DNA of 64,000 bases from Octopus sinensis (Eukaryota), in the NCBI RefSeq assembly GCF_006345805.1, contig NW_021836137.1:62001-126000 (forward strand), in the 5' to 3' direction. This document shows positions 24,852-37,490 of this stretch, piece by piece. The notes beneath the pieces are model-generated. The model ran no database searches and was not told the origin of the DNA. It saw nothing but the letters and a program-made list of their open reading frames with translations. The first letter of the stretch is position 1. Each line of letters opens with the position of its first letter. The position numbers and the translations under genes are program-made.

Positions 24852-26577
24852 ATGTATGTATGTATGTATGTATGTATGTATGTATATGTATATGTATGTA
24901 CACATACATACAGATTTGTGTTAATTAATTAAAGTAGGTTTCTGGGTAAAAGACAATTAATTCTGATATATCCTTTGAAATAGTCTTCTTATGTACCAGA
25001 AATGCTCATTACAAATTGTTCAGTATTTAGAGGTTTTTAGTTTCAGTCATAAAAAAAATCCCCCCCAAAACTTAAAACAAGATGATTTATATCAAAGTTT
25101 TACAAAAATAAAATAAAGTTTTTCATGTCTTCTCCACAAACTGGTTCAAAGATTTAGTAGTAAATAATCATTAGTATGTCTAAAATAAATTGGTAAACAG
25201 ACAAACTTTGTTTAAATGATTAACACATTTTGTAGACAATAGAATTACTTGGAAGAATAAATGGAGAAACTACTTCAAATGATAGCCTATAAAGTATAGA
25301 AGGTCAATAAAAAGGATATAAATTACTCCTAATTTGAAATACAGATTATCTATATGGTTAAAAATAAAAGTTCTCATTATTTTTTCGTTTTTCTTTTTAT
25401 CCAATGTGAAATAGACACTGACTCCTATTTCTCATTGCTCTAAGGAAAATGTTATTTGTACTCAATCTACAGTAAATTTCTCCAGCAATTTTAGCTTAAC
25501 AGAAGCTTTCCCACTGGTCTTCATCAAACATTCATCTATCATGCTAGCATGGGCGAGACAATTTAATAGGATCTGGGGGGAACAGAGGAGAATGCAGAAT
25601 ACAGACTGAATAAAGGTGAATGCATGGTCAGTGATGAATATCAGTTCAGGAGTGAAGGTGAAAAAATAGGAATGGATCAAGGAGGAGGAGATAAGAGACA
25701 GTAAAACAATTGGTACAACACAACCATGTAATAATAAATAGATGAGAAATAGGGAGATTATGTGAAGTGAGGGAGGTGAGAGAGGGATGCGCAGTGACAG
25801 AGATTGAGGTCAAAGTTACATAAGAGTGAATGAGTGAATGTAGTTAGTGAGGAACAAAATAAGATGGGGTATTGGTGGCAGATATGAGAGGATGTTGAGA
25901 AGGTTATCAGATATGAGAGAGAGTTAAAGATTAGGAATGGAAGTTTTATGTAACTCAGAAGAAAGTGAGTCTCAGTGGAAAATAAAATGGGATGAGATGA
26001 TATTGAGAATAATGTATGGCTGACAAAAGGAAGTGGTTCCAAGGGGAGGAGTAACTGACAACACAAAAATAAAATATATGTAATTCTGCTCTCATATATT
26101 TTACAATAGTGACATTAATAGTGATGTAGTTAGAATGGTGATAGAGGCATGGGAATTCAGAAATTGAGAAGTTAGAAAGTCATGACAGGGAAAGTTTAGG
26201 TATGGGCACAGATATAAGCAATATACTTTTTGGACCCAAGTTTTGGTGGGTTGCCTTGATAAAAACATTTCCCTTATTATATATATAAACTTATGTGCAT
26301 GTGTAAGCATGTGCATGCTGAGTATCCTCCTCTTTTACAGGCTTGAGTAACCAGGCTGTGGTCACGTTGGATACCAACTTCAAGGGCTTCAACTAATAAT
26401 ATCATTCTCAAAACTTCACTTGTTATGTATTTTAACAATCATGAGAGGATGAAAGATAAATTTCATGTTGATATAAAACAATGTAACCAGAATGCAAAAC
26501 AATGTAGCCAAAATACATTTTGGTTATAAATATTTCAACTGATTACACCATCCCACACACACACACACACATATATA

Positions 26578-26995
26578 TTATAATAATAATAAATACGAAA
26601 TTCTGTCTGTCCATCCATCCATCCAGGACCCCTGTATCTCAGTCTACATTTGCTCTACATTGACATATACCTTTTCAGAATCAAGATTGAAAATCTGCCC
26701 TTCATTTGGTTCTTGAACAGCCAGCCCTGGGATCAGGTCTGGATGAGGATTTGCTATGTGCTAACAGTTGAAGATTCAAATTTTAGAATAATTCTAAAAA
26801 TTTGTGAATTTACAAGTTTTTCATTTAAACTGAATTTTAAGTAATACCATTTAGGTAAGGAAAATACCATACTGGTAAGGGTAATACCTATAATGCTTTA
26901 TTTTTATTGCTCCCTTTAGTTTTGGGCCATAGGCATAATTAGCCCTCTGCAGTTGCTAACATAAAAGTTCACACAGAGTGTGGCTTTTAAGCTAG
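26578..26995 (+). mobile_element. Non-autonomous Helitron-like element (second copy 27699-28117)
   Basis: 5' TATAATAATAATAAA..CTGTCTGTCCATCC microsatellite; 3' CACAC-AGA-GTGTG hairpin followed by CTAG|T. Confidence 0.6.
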
Positions 26996-27000
26996 TATAT

Positions 27001-27369
27001 ATAAAATGATATCAAATATGCAAGGTTGAGAATGATTTGGGAAAGCCTGGTGCCTGGTTTGGTCTTAAATAGGCTAGATACTTTCACCAAATTCTCAAGA
27101 TGATAAAAGCCTTGTGAGTGGAATTTGGTTCATGGAGACCATGCAGAAACTTGTGTGCATGCACGCATGCATGCATGTGATGTTGATTACACCATTTCAC
27201 ACACACACAGGTGCAATAGGTTTCTGCACGGTTTCCATGAACCAAATTTCACTCACAATGCTTTAGTCATCTTGAGAATTTGGCAAAAGTATCTAGCCCA
27301 ATTAAGACCAAACCTGGTATCAAGCTTTCCCAAATCATTCTCAACTCTACCTATTTGATATCAATTTAT
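27001..27369. repeat. Inverted repeat, ~150-bp arms, ~69-bp spacer (duplicated at ~28123-28491)
   Basis: TGATATCAAATA..GTTGAGAATGATTTGGGAAAGC..GCAGAAAC (27007-27150) versus its reverse complement at 27220-27363. Confidence 0.93.
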
Positions 27370-28760
27370 CATATGCATATTCATTTCAATTTCAGTTATA
27401 TTTGTTTGTTATATGCACCCACATACATAAAAAAACTGAAATGGTAAATACAAGTAATGCTATTCCACTTTTAATATTTTGCTTCAAATTCTTTTCTCTT
27501 TTGTAAAATTAATCTGTTGAAAACATTAAAGATCTAATACAAATTAGAACAAAATTATTCCTTTCAGCTGTTAGTAATTAAATACAAATTCCTTTTCATT
27601 ATAAATACACAATATTACAGAAGGAAACAACTTGTGTGTGTATATATACACATATATATATATATATTATATATATATATATAATATATATATATATATT
27701 ATAATAATAATAAATACGAAATTCTGTCTGTCCATCCATCCATCCAGGACCCCTGTATCTCAGTCTACATTTGCTCTACATTGACATATACCTTTTCAGA
27801 ATCAAGATTGAAAATCTGCCCTTCATTTGGTTCTTGAACAGCCAGCCCTGGGATCAGGTCTGGATGAGGATTTGCTATGTGCTAACAGTTGAAGATTCAA
27901 ATTTTAGAATAATTCTAAAAATTTGTGAATTTACAAGTTTTTCATTTAAACTGAATTTTAAGTAATACCATTTAGGTAAGGAAAATACCATACTGGTAAG
28001 GGTAATACCTATAAATGCTTTATTTTTATTGCTCCCTTTAGTTTTGGGCCATAGGCATAATTAGCCCTCTGCAGTTGCTAACATAAAAGTTCACACAGAG
28101 TGTGGATTTTAAGCTAGTATATATAAAATGATATCAAATATGCAAGGTTGAGAATGATTTGGGAAAGCCTGGTGCCTGGTTTGGTCTTAAATAGGCTAGA
28201 TACTTTCACCAAATTCTCAAGATGATAAAAGCCTTGTGAGTGGAATTTGGTTCATGGAGACCATGCAGAAACTTGTGTGCATGCACGCATGCATGCATGT
28301 GATGTTGATTACACCATTTCACACACACACAGGTGCAATAGGTTTCTGCACGGTTTCCATGAACCAAATTTCACTCACAATGCTTTAGTCATCTTGAGAA
28401 TTTGGCAAAAGTATCTAGCCCAATTAAGACCAAACCTGGTATCAAGCTTTCCCAAATCATTCTCAACTCTACCTATTTGATATCAATTTATCATATGCAT
28501 ATTCATTTCAATTTCAGTTATATTTGTTTGTTATATGCACCCACATACATAAAAAAACTGAAATGGTAAATACAAGTAATGCTATTCCACTTTTAATATT
28601 TTGCTTCAAATTCTTTTCTCTTTTGTAAAATTAATCTGTTGAAAACATTAAAGATCTAATACAAATTAGAACAAAATTATTCCTTTCAGCTGTTAGTAAT
28701 TAAATACAAATTCCTTTTCATTATAAATACACAATATTACAGAAGGAAACAACTTGTGTG

Positions 28761-28833
<73 letters not shown>

Positions 28834-29759
28834 TGTGTGTGTGTGTGTAGATAAATAATTTGGGTATATGAAAATGTATATATGAAAATATACATCTTGT
28901 AAATATGTATTCCTAGCTCTATATGTTTAGATACAGTCATTTATGTCAGAAATGAAGCTGTGTCTGTGAGCAACTATGAATATAGGTAATTGACTATCCA
29001 TGAAAATTTAAATTTTACTTGTGCAAATGCATGTGCACATGTGAGAGAGAGAGAGCTTCATCCAAATTTTCTTAGTTGAAAGATTTAGCTTCACAATAAT
29101 AAGCTTCAGTATGTTAGAAGAAATAAGTAGGTGAGGAAAATAAAATTTAAACTTATTAAATTATTCGTCTATGTTTAAAAATTAACTCAAAGAATCTATC
29201 CACTTGAACACTGAGCAACAAGTTTATGTAAATATAATTAATGCATGAAGCATTTTAAAGTTAATTAGAAATAAATATACTGAGAATAAAAAGCAATGTT
29301 ATTCAATAAATAATATTACTTTTATTTTACCTATAATTACAGGAGAGAACTCTAAAAATGTTTCTGCAGTTTTCTGACCTCCTCAGTAAAGTAAACTCTT
29401 TACTAAGTATGAATATAACTATGTACTGTTGGGACAGGGAATTAGAATTCTAACAGAATTTTAATAAATCAGATACATGCTCATCACCATTTCTATGTCC
29501 TCTCTTCTCATGTGAGCCTTGTTGGGCAAGACTTGTTGAGGCAGCATTCTATGGTTAGATGCGATTCTTTTCATCAACCCTTTTTGCCAAGTAAAGTATT
29601 TTTATTTTATTGGTTTTCACACAAAAGCATCAAATACACTGAGCTACAGTCATATTGTTCAAGAGAGATATAAGTAGACTACAGCTCAAATGTTTTCAAT
29701 ATGAAAACTTGCAGAAACAAAGACATGCACACACACAGACACAAACCCTTCTCCTTCTC

Positions 29760-29915
29760 ATCATCATCATCATCATTTAACATTCATTTCCCATGTTGAC
29801 ATTGGATGGACCGTCTGACAGAAACTGGCAAATTAGAAGATTGCACCAAACCCTGCTATCTGCTCCGGCATGGTTTCTACAGCTGGATACCCTTCCTAAC
29901 ATCAACCACTTACTC
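29760..29915 (-). mobile_element. RTE-tail element
   Basis: (CAT)n TTTAACATTC..TTTCTACAGCTGGATACCCTTCCTAAC. Confidence 0.8.
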
Positions 29916-30138
29916 TGTGTGTGCGTGTGTGTGTGTGTGTGTTTGTGTGTGTGCGCAGGCGCATGCATGCATACATGTGCATGTATGTGCAAACATATGC
30001 ACACAACAAGCTTGTGTATAGTTTCCTTCAACCAAATTTCACTTGTGTGTCATTGGTCATCCCAGGGTGTCATGCAGTAGGACGGAACTCAAAACCAGGT
30101 GATTTAAGCATCCACATGAAAGTAATAGATTGTTACAT

Positions 30139-30365
30139 TTAACTCTTTGGCTCTTCAGATTATTCTGTCAAATGTAATGCTTATTTATTCACATGGCTTT
30201 CAATTAATCATGTTTTATCTTATAGCTTTGAAATTTTCCTTATGTGATTACCTAATTTTAGAAGAAAATTGTAAGATAGATGTGAGAGGCCACATCTGGC
30301 TGGTTTGAAATAAAACAGGTAGAATATTTAGGCCAGATATGGCCAGTTTGAATGTTAAAGGGTTA
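30139..30365 (-). mobile_element. TTAA-flanked MITE, uninterrupted copy
   Basis: TTAACTCTTTGG...AATGTTAAAGGGTTA termini; homologous to 10372-11173. Confidence 0.75.
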
Positions 30366-32246
30366 TGGTATAAGGCATTTCAATGCTGCTGAAAATTAAC
30401 TTACAGTACAGTTTTTTTTAGCTGGTTCAGTTAGTTCAACAAGTAAATCTTAAACATGAGAAAACAAGGAAAGGATTTAAAAAACTCAATTATTTTTTTT
30501 TTTAAATTAGTGACTGGTATTAATTTAGTTATTTTATGGACAAATTGTTCTGCTTTGGTGGTATGAAATAACATGAAATAGCACTTGAAAAGAAAACAAA
30601 TTTGTCCTTTTTATAAATTTCTTTATATGTGTGTGTAATCATATACATAGAAGGCAGGAAGAGAAAAAAAAAAAGAATGATAGCGAGAGAGAGATACACT
30701 TAAGTAGGTTAGCCTACTTAGGAATAAAAAAATATATTCCATAATAATATTCAGACAATTTGATTTTCCACTTTTGGCAATTTTTAAAATATTTCCCATT
30801 GAAAAACTAACAGCTTTTTTGTTGTCTTTTATATATTTATATTTTATGATTTTAAAATGTCAGATATTCTGTGAAAATAAAGAATTCACAGAGAAAAAAA
30901 AACATTAATTCACACAGCAATACTAAATGTAAATGAGGAAAATAAATGCTTTTAATATGGATCTGAATTATTCTTTGAAAGAGATAACTAACTCTCTAAA
31001 AAAGTAAGAATTGCTCTTGAAGATAGAAGATAGGATTCTATCACATATTTAATGGTTATCTATCTTCATCTAAATTCTCCAGTATTTTTCAAATATGGCA
31101 CCATTATCATTTAAAAGTAGAATTAATGGTTGATATAGAGATTGTATTCACACTGCAAATAAAATAGCTGGGGTGGGGGAGTAAACTTAAAATTAACATT
31201 TTATTGCATTCCAATTCAGCTACTGTTGATATGGTTTATATCAACTTATATATTCTTCTTCAAAATAACCTTTAATCAAAATATATTGATAATAATAAAT
31301 TATTATTATTATTATTATTACTGTTATTATTGCTGTTGTTGTTGTTACACTTGTGTTGGCTGGCAGAATAAGTAGAATGTTGAACTAAATTATTTGGTAT
31401 TGGATACATTACATTACCTTCTTGGTTCAAATTCTGCCAGACTTTGCCAAAGTACAAGGGAAATAACAGTTATTTGTTTGGAAGTATTTTATTAACTCTC
31501 AATTAAATCCCTCCAATCAAATATGAAGCTTTGTGCATAAGTGAGAAACAATCAGCATTGTTCTCATCATCATCATCATCATCACTTTCATCATTATCAT
31601 CAACAACAACTATTAATTGATTTATTACAAAATAAAATGACATTAAAAATTAGATTAATGAAAAATGATATGTTTTGAATTTTCCGCAATTGATAATAAT
31701 GGTTTTACAATGAGCCACTCACTGACTTCCTTAATTAGCTTTTCCACTAGAGAGATGCTTTCACAGAGAGTTTCAAATGGTAATTGGTACAAAATTCATC
31801 TAAAATGAAAGAGGTGAATTTCACTATTCTCTTTCTTTCAGATTGAAGTGCTGATGCTTCTTTAATAGAGTGGTAGAGATATCATACACAAGGTTGTTGT
31901 TTTTTTGCTTTTGAAGGAGAGTATTAGCACTGTACCTTGAGGACAATGTGTTGCAATAAATGCAGTTGCTGGCTGTGATGCTAGGTGGAAAATTAGCAGA
32001 ACCATTAAAGCACTGAACAGAATGTTTCATGGTATTTGTTCTGGTTCTCTGTGATCTGAGTTCAAATCCCACCAAGACCAACTATGCTTTCATCCTTTTG
32101 GTACCAATTCAAGATGGTAGATTGGCAAAATTGTAAGAGGGCTAAGTGAGATACCATATGGTAGCTGTTCCAGCTCTTTCATTCTAACAGTAACACCTAT
32201 GCCAATACTGGCATCAACCTGCATCAGCCAAGTCATTCAGATAGAG

Positions 32247-32543
32247 GCCTACTCTCCTGACCTTGCACCCTCTGATTTTCACCTCTTCCCAGCCATGAAG
32301 TTGTTTTTGAAAGGAAAGCGTTTCCCAGATGATGCAGCCTTGATTTCTGAAGTCACGTCGTGGTTGGAGGATCAAGCTGGGGTCTTCTACAAAAACGGTC
32401 TCCAGAGCTGCATCAAACAATGGGAGAAATGCTTAACTCTGGGTGGTTCCTATGTAGAAAAAGACTAATAACTGTGCCAAGTTTTGTTGCTCTACTGCTA
32501 TGGGAAGTGGGTCAGGGGCATTACTTATTGAACGCCCCTCGTA
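32247..32543 (+). mobile_element. Mariner transposon 3' fragment with right TIR
   Basis: YSPDLAPSDFHLF..LKGKRF..GLQSCIKQWEKC..GSYVEKD*; ends TTACTTATTGAACGCCCCTCG-TA. Confidence 0.95.
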
Positions 32544-33149
32544 AATATCAGTGGCATAGAGCGATGAAACTTACATGCATGGACCAACTGCCACTCTTCC
32601 TCGAAAAATATCTTGCCTATGTCTACACATACATGTGCAGATGCATTACAGTTATTCTAATACATTCAGAATTTTGTTGATGATGTCATCATAAATGATC
32701 AGTTAATTGCTGAATTTAATGTGAATTTTGTAAACAGCAATTTAAATCTATTTGTTAATCAAAAGAGAACATCTGTTAACTTCAGTCATTTTAAAGCAAA
32801 TAATTTTATTATATATATATATGTGTGTAAAGACAACTAATTGCAAACAAATATGAGCAAAAAGAAAATGATCTCAACTGATATTATTTAAGGGATAAAG
32901 GTTTGTCTTAGAAAGATAACCACTTTGGATATTTTGAAAATAATCAGATTGGCTACTACTATGATTAATTAGATATTTAATACAAATTTCATTTTCTATA
33001 TTCCAAGCTAAATTCTGCTATGCTTTACTTTTTGCTCAGGTGAAAGAAAAATAGGCAGATAAACAATGTTTGTATCCCTTGTGTATACTTGAACTAGTCA
33101 AAATATTTGGAATCTAACCTATGCTTGTGTTTTTCTACATTTAAGTTTA

Positions 33150-33851
33150 AACATCAGGTTGGGTGAAGTTCAGAGAACTCCTATCTCTGTTGGTAATAAA
33201 GGGACCCTCCCTCAGAGTAAGAGGCAGCTTGTATGATGCTCGTGTGTGAACAACCATGCTATATGGTAGTGAAACATGGGCTATGACCACCAAGGACATG
33301 CAAAGGCTTGAAAATTGAAGCTAGTATGATTCACTGGGAGGGAAATGTTAGTGTGCATGCACAACAAAGTGTAAGCATCTTGAGAGAAAAGTTGGGCATA
33401 AGAGGCATTAGATATGGTGTGCAAGAGAAACAACTGCACTGGTATGGTCATGTGGCACATATGGATGAGGACAGCTATATGAAAAATTGTCGACCTCTAA
33501 ATGTGGCGGGAACCTGTGGAAGAGTGAGACCCAAGAAGACATGGGACAAGGTGGTGAAGCCTGATCTTCAAATGTTGGGCCTCACAGAGGCAAAGTGACT
33601 GAGACCTTTGGCAATATACTGTGCTTGAGAAGACTTGTCAAGCCAAGTGAGATTGCAGTCATGGCTGATGCTGGTATTTCACAACTGGCATATAAAAAGC
33701 ATTCACTACACTCTTGGAATAGTTGGCATTAGGAAGGGTATTCAGCTGTAGAAACCATACCAAATCAGATTGGAATTAGTGCAGCTTACCAGTTTTCAGT
33801 CAAACTGTCCAACCTATGCCAGCATGGAAAATAGACATTAAATGACGATGA
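33150..33851 (+). mobile_element. 5'-truncated RTE LINE (end of RT ORF plus 3' UTR)
   Basis: GWVKFRELL..LYD..MLYGSETWA..LREKLGIRGI..LHWYGHVAHMDED..GTCGRVRPKKTW, then the shared tail ending TAAATGACGATGAT. Confidence 0.92.
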
Positions 33852-35339
33852 TTGATGGGATGCATCAAAAAGTGAAAAAAATGTTATTATCTGTGCATGG
33901 ACAAAGTCTTAAAATGTAAATTAGTCCAAAAAATTAGAATGATGAGGTAGAAGAAAATGAAAGATGTGTCACAGAAGAAGAGGCAACTTTCATAACTATT
34001 ATTAAGCTAATATGTATTAATACAATCTTCCTTCCTGTATAATTAGCAGGTGTGATTATGAATATATAATAAGCATAGATTGTAATTTTATCAAGATAAT
34101 GCTGTTGAAAGTAATTCCAGATTAAATGTACAATTAAATTTCATTTTAATTCTGATATTTTCTTACACTGACACAGGCTACATTTGCTTCTCCTAATGTG
34201 TGTAGGGGCAGAGGCAACTGTGTGAAGAAACCTGGTTACTTAACTTATATTTATTTTATTAATTGTGAACTTGAAATGAAAATGAGAGTAACTAAATACC
34301 ACAGCACTTTTTGTCTCCTATTTTACTAGTCTGTCATTCACTGTCTTTAATAATCATAAATAGAAAGGGGATGCTAAAAAATCATGCCAACACAATTATG
34401 AAAAATACTAGTCTCATTCTGTTACCACAATAATGCTCAGATAAATAACTGCCCAAGAGTCAAATCTATTCGAAATAGGCTTTATACACTTTATGTTTTA
34501 GATAGGTGTCAGATGATGGATTCTGGATTTACATGTGAAATAAATAATGCTATGAGATGAATGGTACTGCATTAGCAGCATCCTGATGGACTCTGATATA
34601 TTATATATGAAATTATATTTTTAACCGAAAATTATTATTAAATAAATTAGATACATTTAATCAATGACTATCAAATATTAAATTGCCTAAGTGTAAGTAA
34701 ATTGTTTCACTCAGAAAAAACTAATTTGACTTAATAGTGACTAAATACAAGAAGGTACAGAGGAAATTAAATACAAACACTGTATATTAAAAAGTCAATT
34801 AAATCTTAATCTAGTTACCACATACCTTTTATCTACATACACACACACACACATACTACACATACATATATATATATGTGTGCATACATACATACATACA
34901 TTACATACATACATACATACATGTATACATGTGTGTATGTATATGCATATATACATATATGCTGCCTCTGAATTCTATACAGAATCTATACAGATAAGCT
35001 TATATATATTACTGTTTTTTTTTTTCCTTCATACAACAATGTCATTACCATCCAACAACAAAATCTCCATTTCATTTACACATGTTCAGCTACTGAAATG
35101 GTTGTTGCACTCATAATGTAATCAAGATTCTCTTATTATGCCTTGCTCTGTTATAATGTTCTACTCTAACAAAAAGAAATAAACATTTTTTAATGATTGT
35201 GGTGGTGGTAGTGGTGGTGGAAGTGGTGGCAGCGGCAGTTGTGGTAATGTTGGTGATGATGATGGTCGCTCTAAGTCTGATAGTTATGTCTGTAGTGATA
35301 ATGATGATGATGATGATGACGATGAACAACTTAAAATAC

Positions 35340-35445
35340 CTTCTTTGAAAGAGGATAGTCATTTCAAATGCAAGTCTAGAGCTTTGAAATTGCAGTAGAG
35401 AATATTGGATCAAGGACAAGTTTATTGATCCATATCTTTTGATTA
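35340..35445 (-). other. Candidate 106-nt exon
   Basis: Strong acceptor TTGCTCTTTCTATATTTCCTTTCAG and AAG|GTATTT donor. One open frame (IKRYGSINLSLIQYSLLQFQSSRLAFEMTILFQR), not recognised. Confidence 0.22.
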
Positions 35446-36907
35446 CTGAAAGGAAATATAGAAAGAGCAAGTTTTGATGTAATATGTTAAAGGCTGGAAG
35501 GAAATTATTCTACTTCTAGAAGTTCAATTTCTTTTGGGGATAACATCTGGAATGAAGGGAACTTTCAAATAAATGATTCCTTTCAGCAATAACTAGGGAA
35601 ATAAATGAACTGCACATCAATGCTTCTTCATATAATACATTACAAAATGAAATTTGGAAGATTTTATAGAAGCAGATATGTAATTGAATTTTGACAAACG
35701 GTAAAGGGAAAATATGTTTGCAGTATTGATTTAACCTTTCAGAAACCATTTTAATTTAATCTAATCACAGTAAACTTCAAAGAAAACCATAAATAGGCTA
35801 TTTACATATAAAAGTTTCAATTATTCATGTCTGATTTGTTCTCTCAATAAAACAGAAAAATGTTTAGTTATTTCACTCTAAGGTATTTTTTTCACATACA
35901 CGATGACACTACACTGAAGCTGTTATATTTAACAAGGTATTGGACTTAAGAATTGACAGTACCTGTTTTAAGTGAATATCCTATATTTCTGTGATCTTTT
36001 AAATGTAATATAAATATGATTTTCATCACATCTTGCATCTTCAAAATAATGTTTAGTTTAGACTCTTTTTTTTTTAATCTGTAAACAACTTGTCATATGG
36101 GATTGAATATTAGAAAGAATAGGAAGAAAAGCATGAGTATCAATTGTGATAGTGTAGTCTTGAATTAGGGACAGCATAACCTGTTTATTTTAACCTAATT
36201 ACAAACTTCTCAGAGCATTTTGATGAGAAAAAAAAAATGAAAGAAAATTCATATTTGGCAAATGCAAGCCATGTGGAAAATATTAATATAAAAATTTCAG
36301 CATATGTTTCATCTGATAAATTACATTGACAGCAATTTTCTACCTAAGTTAAAAATTTCAAAGCAATTATTAAAGATAAAGAAGAGAAAGGATAACTTTA
36401 AAGAAAAATAAATAAAAGAATCAACAAAAAAAAATTTTAAGTTTATTACGAAAATTGGAAGCCAAAAGATTTAATCAATTTTAGCAGATTTATTTCTAGC
36501 TATTATATTTTTTGGTCTAGATTCTTTCTCAATCTCTTTACAGAATAAGTAAAGACTTTCTAGAACAGATAATAGAAAGTGTAGTTTTTTAGGGTTTTTT
36601 TTTTATTTATAGTTTCTTAGTTTCTGAAAACATCATATAAGTTATTATGTCAACTAACAAAAGTTTAAATGAGCTTGAGTTTAGGTCTAACATTACAGTG
36701 GTTTCAGGATTGTCTTCCTTTTAATTGTAACAGTGATGGCCATATAAGTGTTTATAATGTATATTGGAGATGAAATGTATTGTCCTCAAAATAACTGAAG
36801 CAATATCAAAAACCCAATTCACACTTTCAATGTGACAGAGACATTTGGATGTTAATAAAAACGGGTGAAACGGTTTCCCTTGCACATACCAACTGATTGC
36901 TTTATTA

Positions 36908-37490
36908 TGTGAGTGGATTTGGTAGACAGAAACTGAAAAGAAGCCTTTCGTGGATAAATATATAATGATAGCATATGTTACATATATATTATATCAAACC
37001 TTGATACTGTGTGGGCTAAGATTCCTGTTGACAGGCCGCTGGTATTTATAGAGAGTGAAACACTTTCAGTATGCAAATTAGGGACTCCTTCATAGAGTAA
37101 CTGCTGCATTTGTTGAGTATATAAACAGTTTGGCTGCTTGTTTCTCTGGAGGGTGTCAGAATGATGTAGACACCTCTGATGAGAACTCAATAAGGTTCAA
37201 GAATTGATTAAGGTTATAATTATACCATATGTTACACAAACACACACACACACATATATATATATATAAGTTTCAGATAGTGTGTGAGTGGCTTTGTGCC
37301 TGTGTTTGTCCCCTTATCCCCACTTGACAACCGGTGCTAGTGTGATTACATCCCCATAACTCCAAAGTTCACTAAAAGAGACCAATAGAGTAAGTACCCG
37401 GTTTTGAATATAAAAATAAGTACTGGGCTCAATACATTTGGCTGCCCCAGCATGGTCACAGTCTAATGATTTAAGCAAGTAAAAGATGGA
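36908..37490 (+). mobile_element. OR/CORE-type SINE split at its internal microsatellite by an insertion
   Basis: TGTGAGTGGATTTGGTAGACAGAAACTG at 36908; the 3' half (TGTGTTTGTCCCC..ACAACCGGTG..CAAGTAAAAGA) resumes at ~37300. Confidence 0.75.
36990..37220 (+). mobile_element. Inserted fragment ending in a decayed hammerhead-like motif (Penelope-like)
   Basis: ACCT-CTGATGA-GAACT caataa GGTTC-AAGA..AGGT at 37172-37216; the GAAA is mutated. Confidence 0.45.

Larger units (their letters stand above)
26572..28800. repeat. Near-perfect tandem duplication, unit ~1121-1122 bp
   Basis: Identical ORFs at 26650/27771 and 27125/28247. I spotted only one 1-nt indel and one substitution. Boundaries lie in (TA)n. 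Confidence 0.97.
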
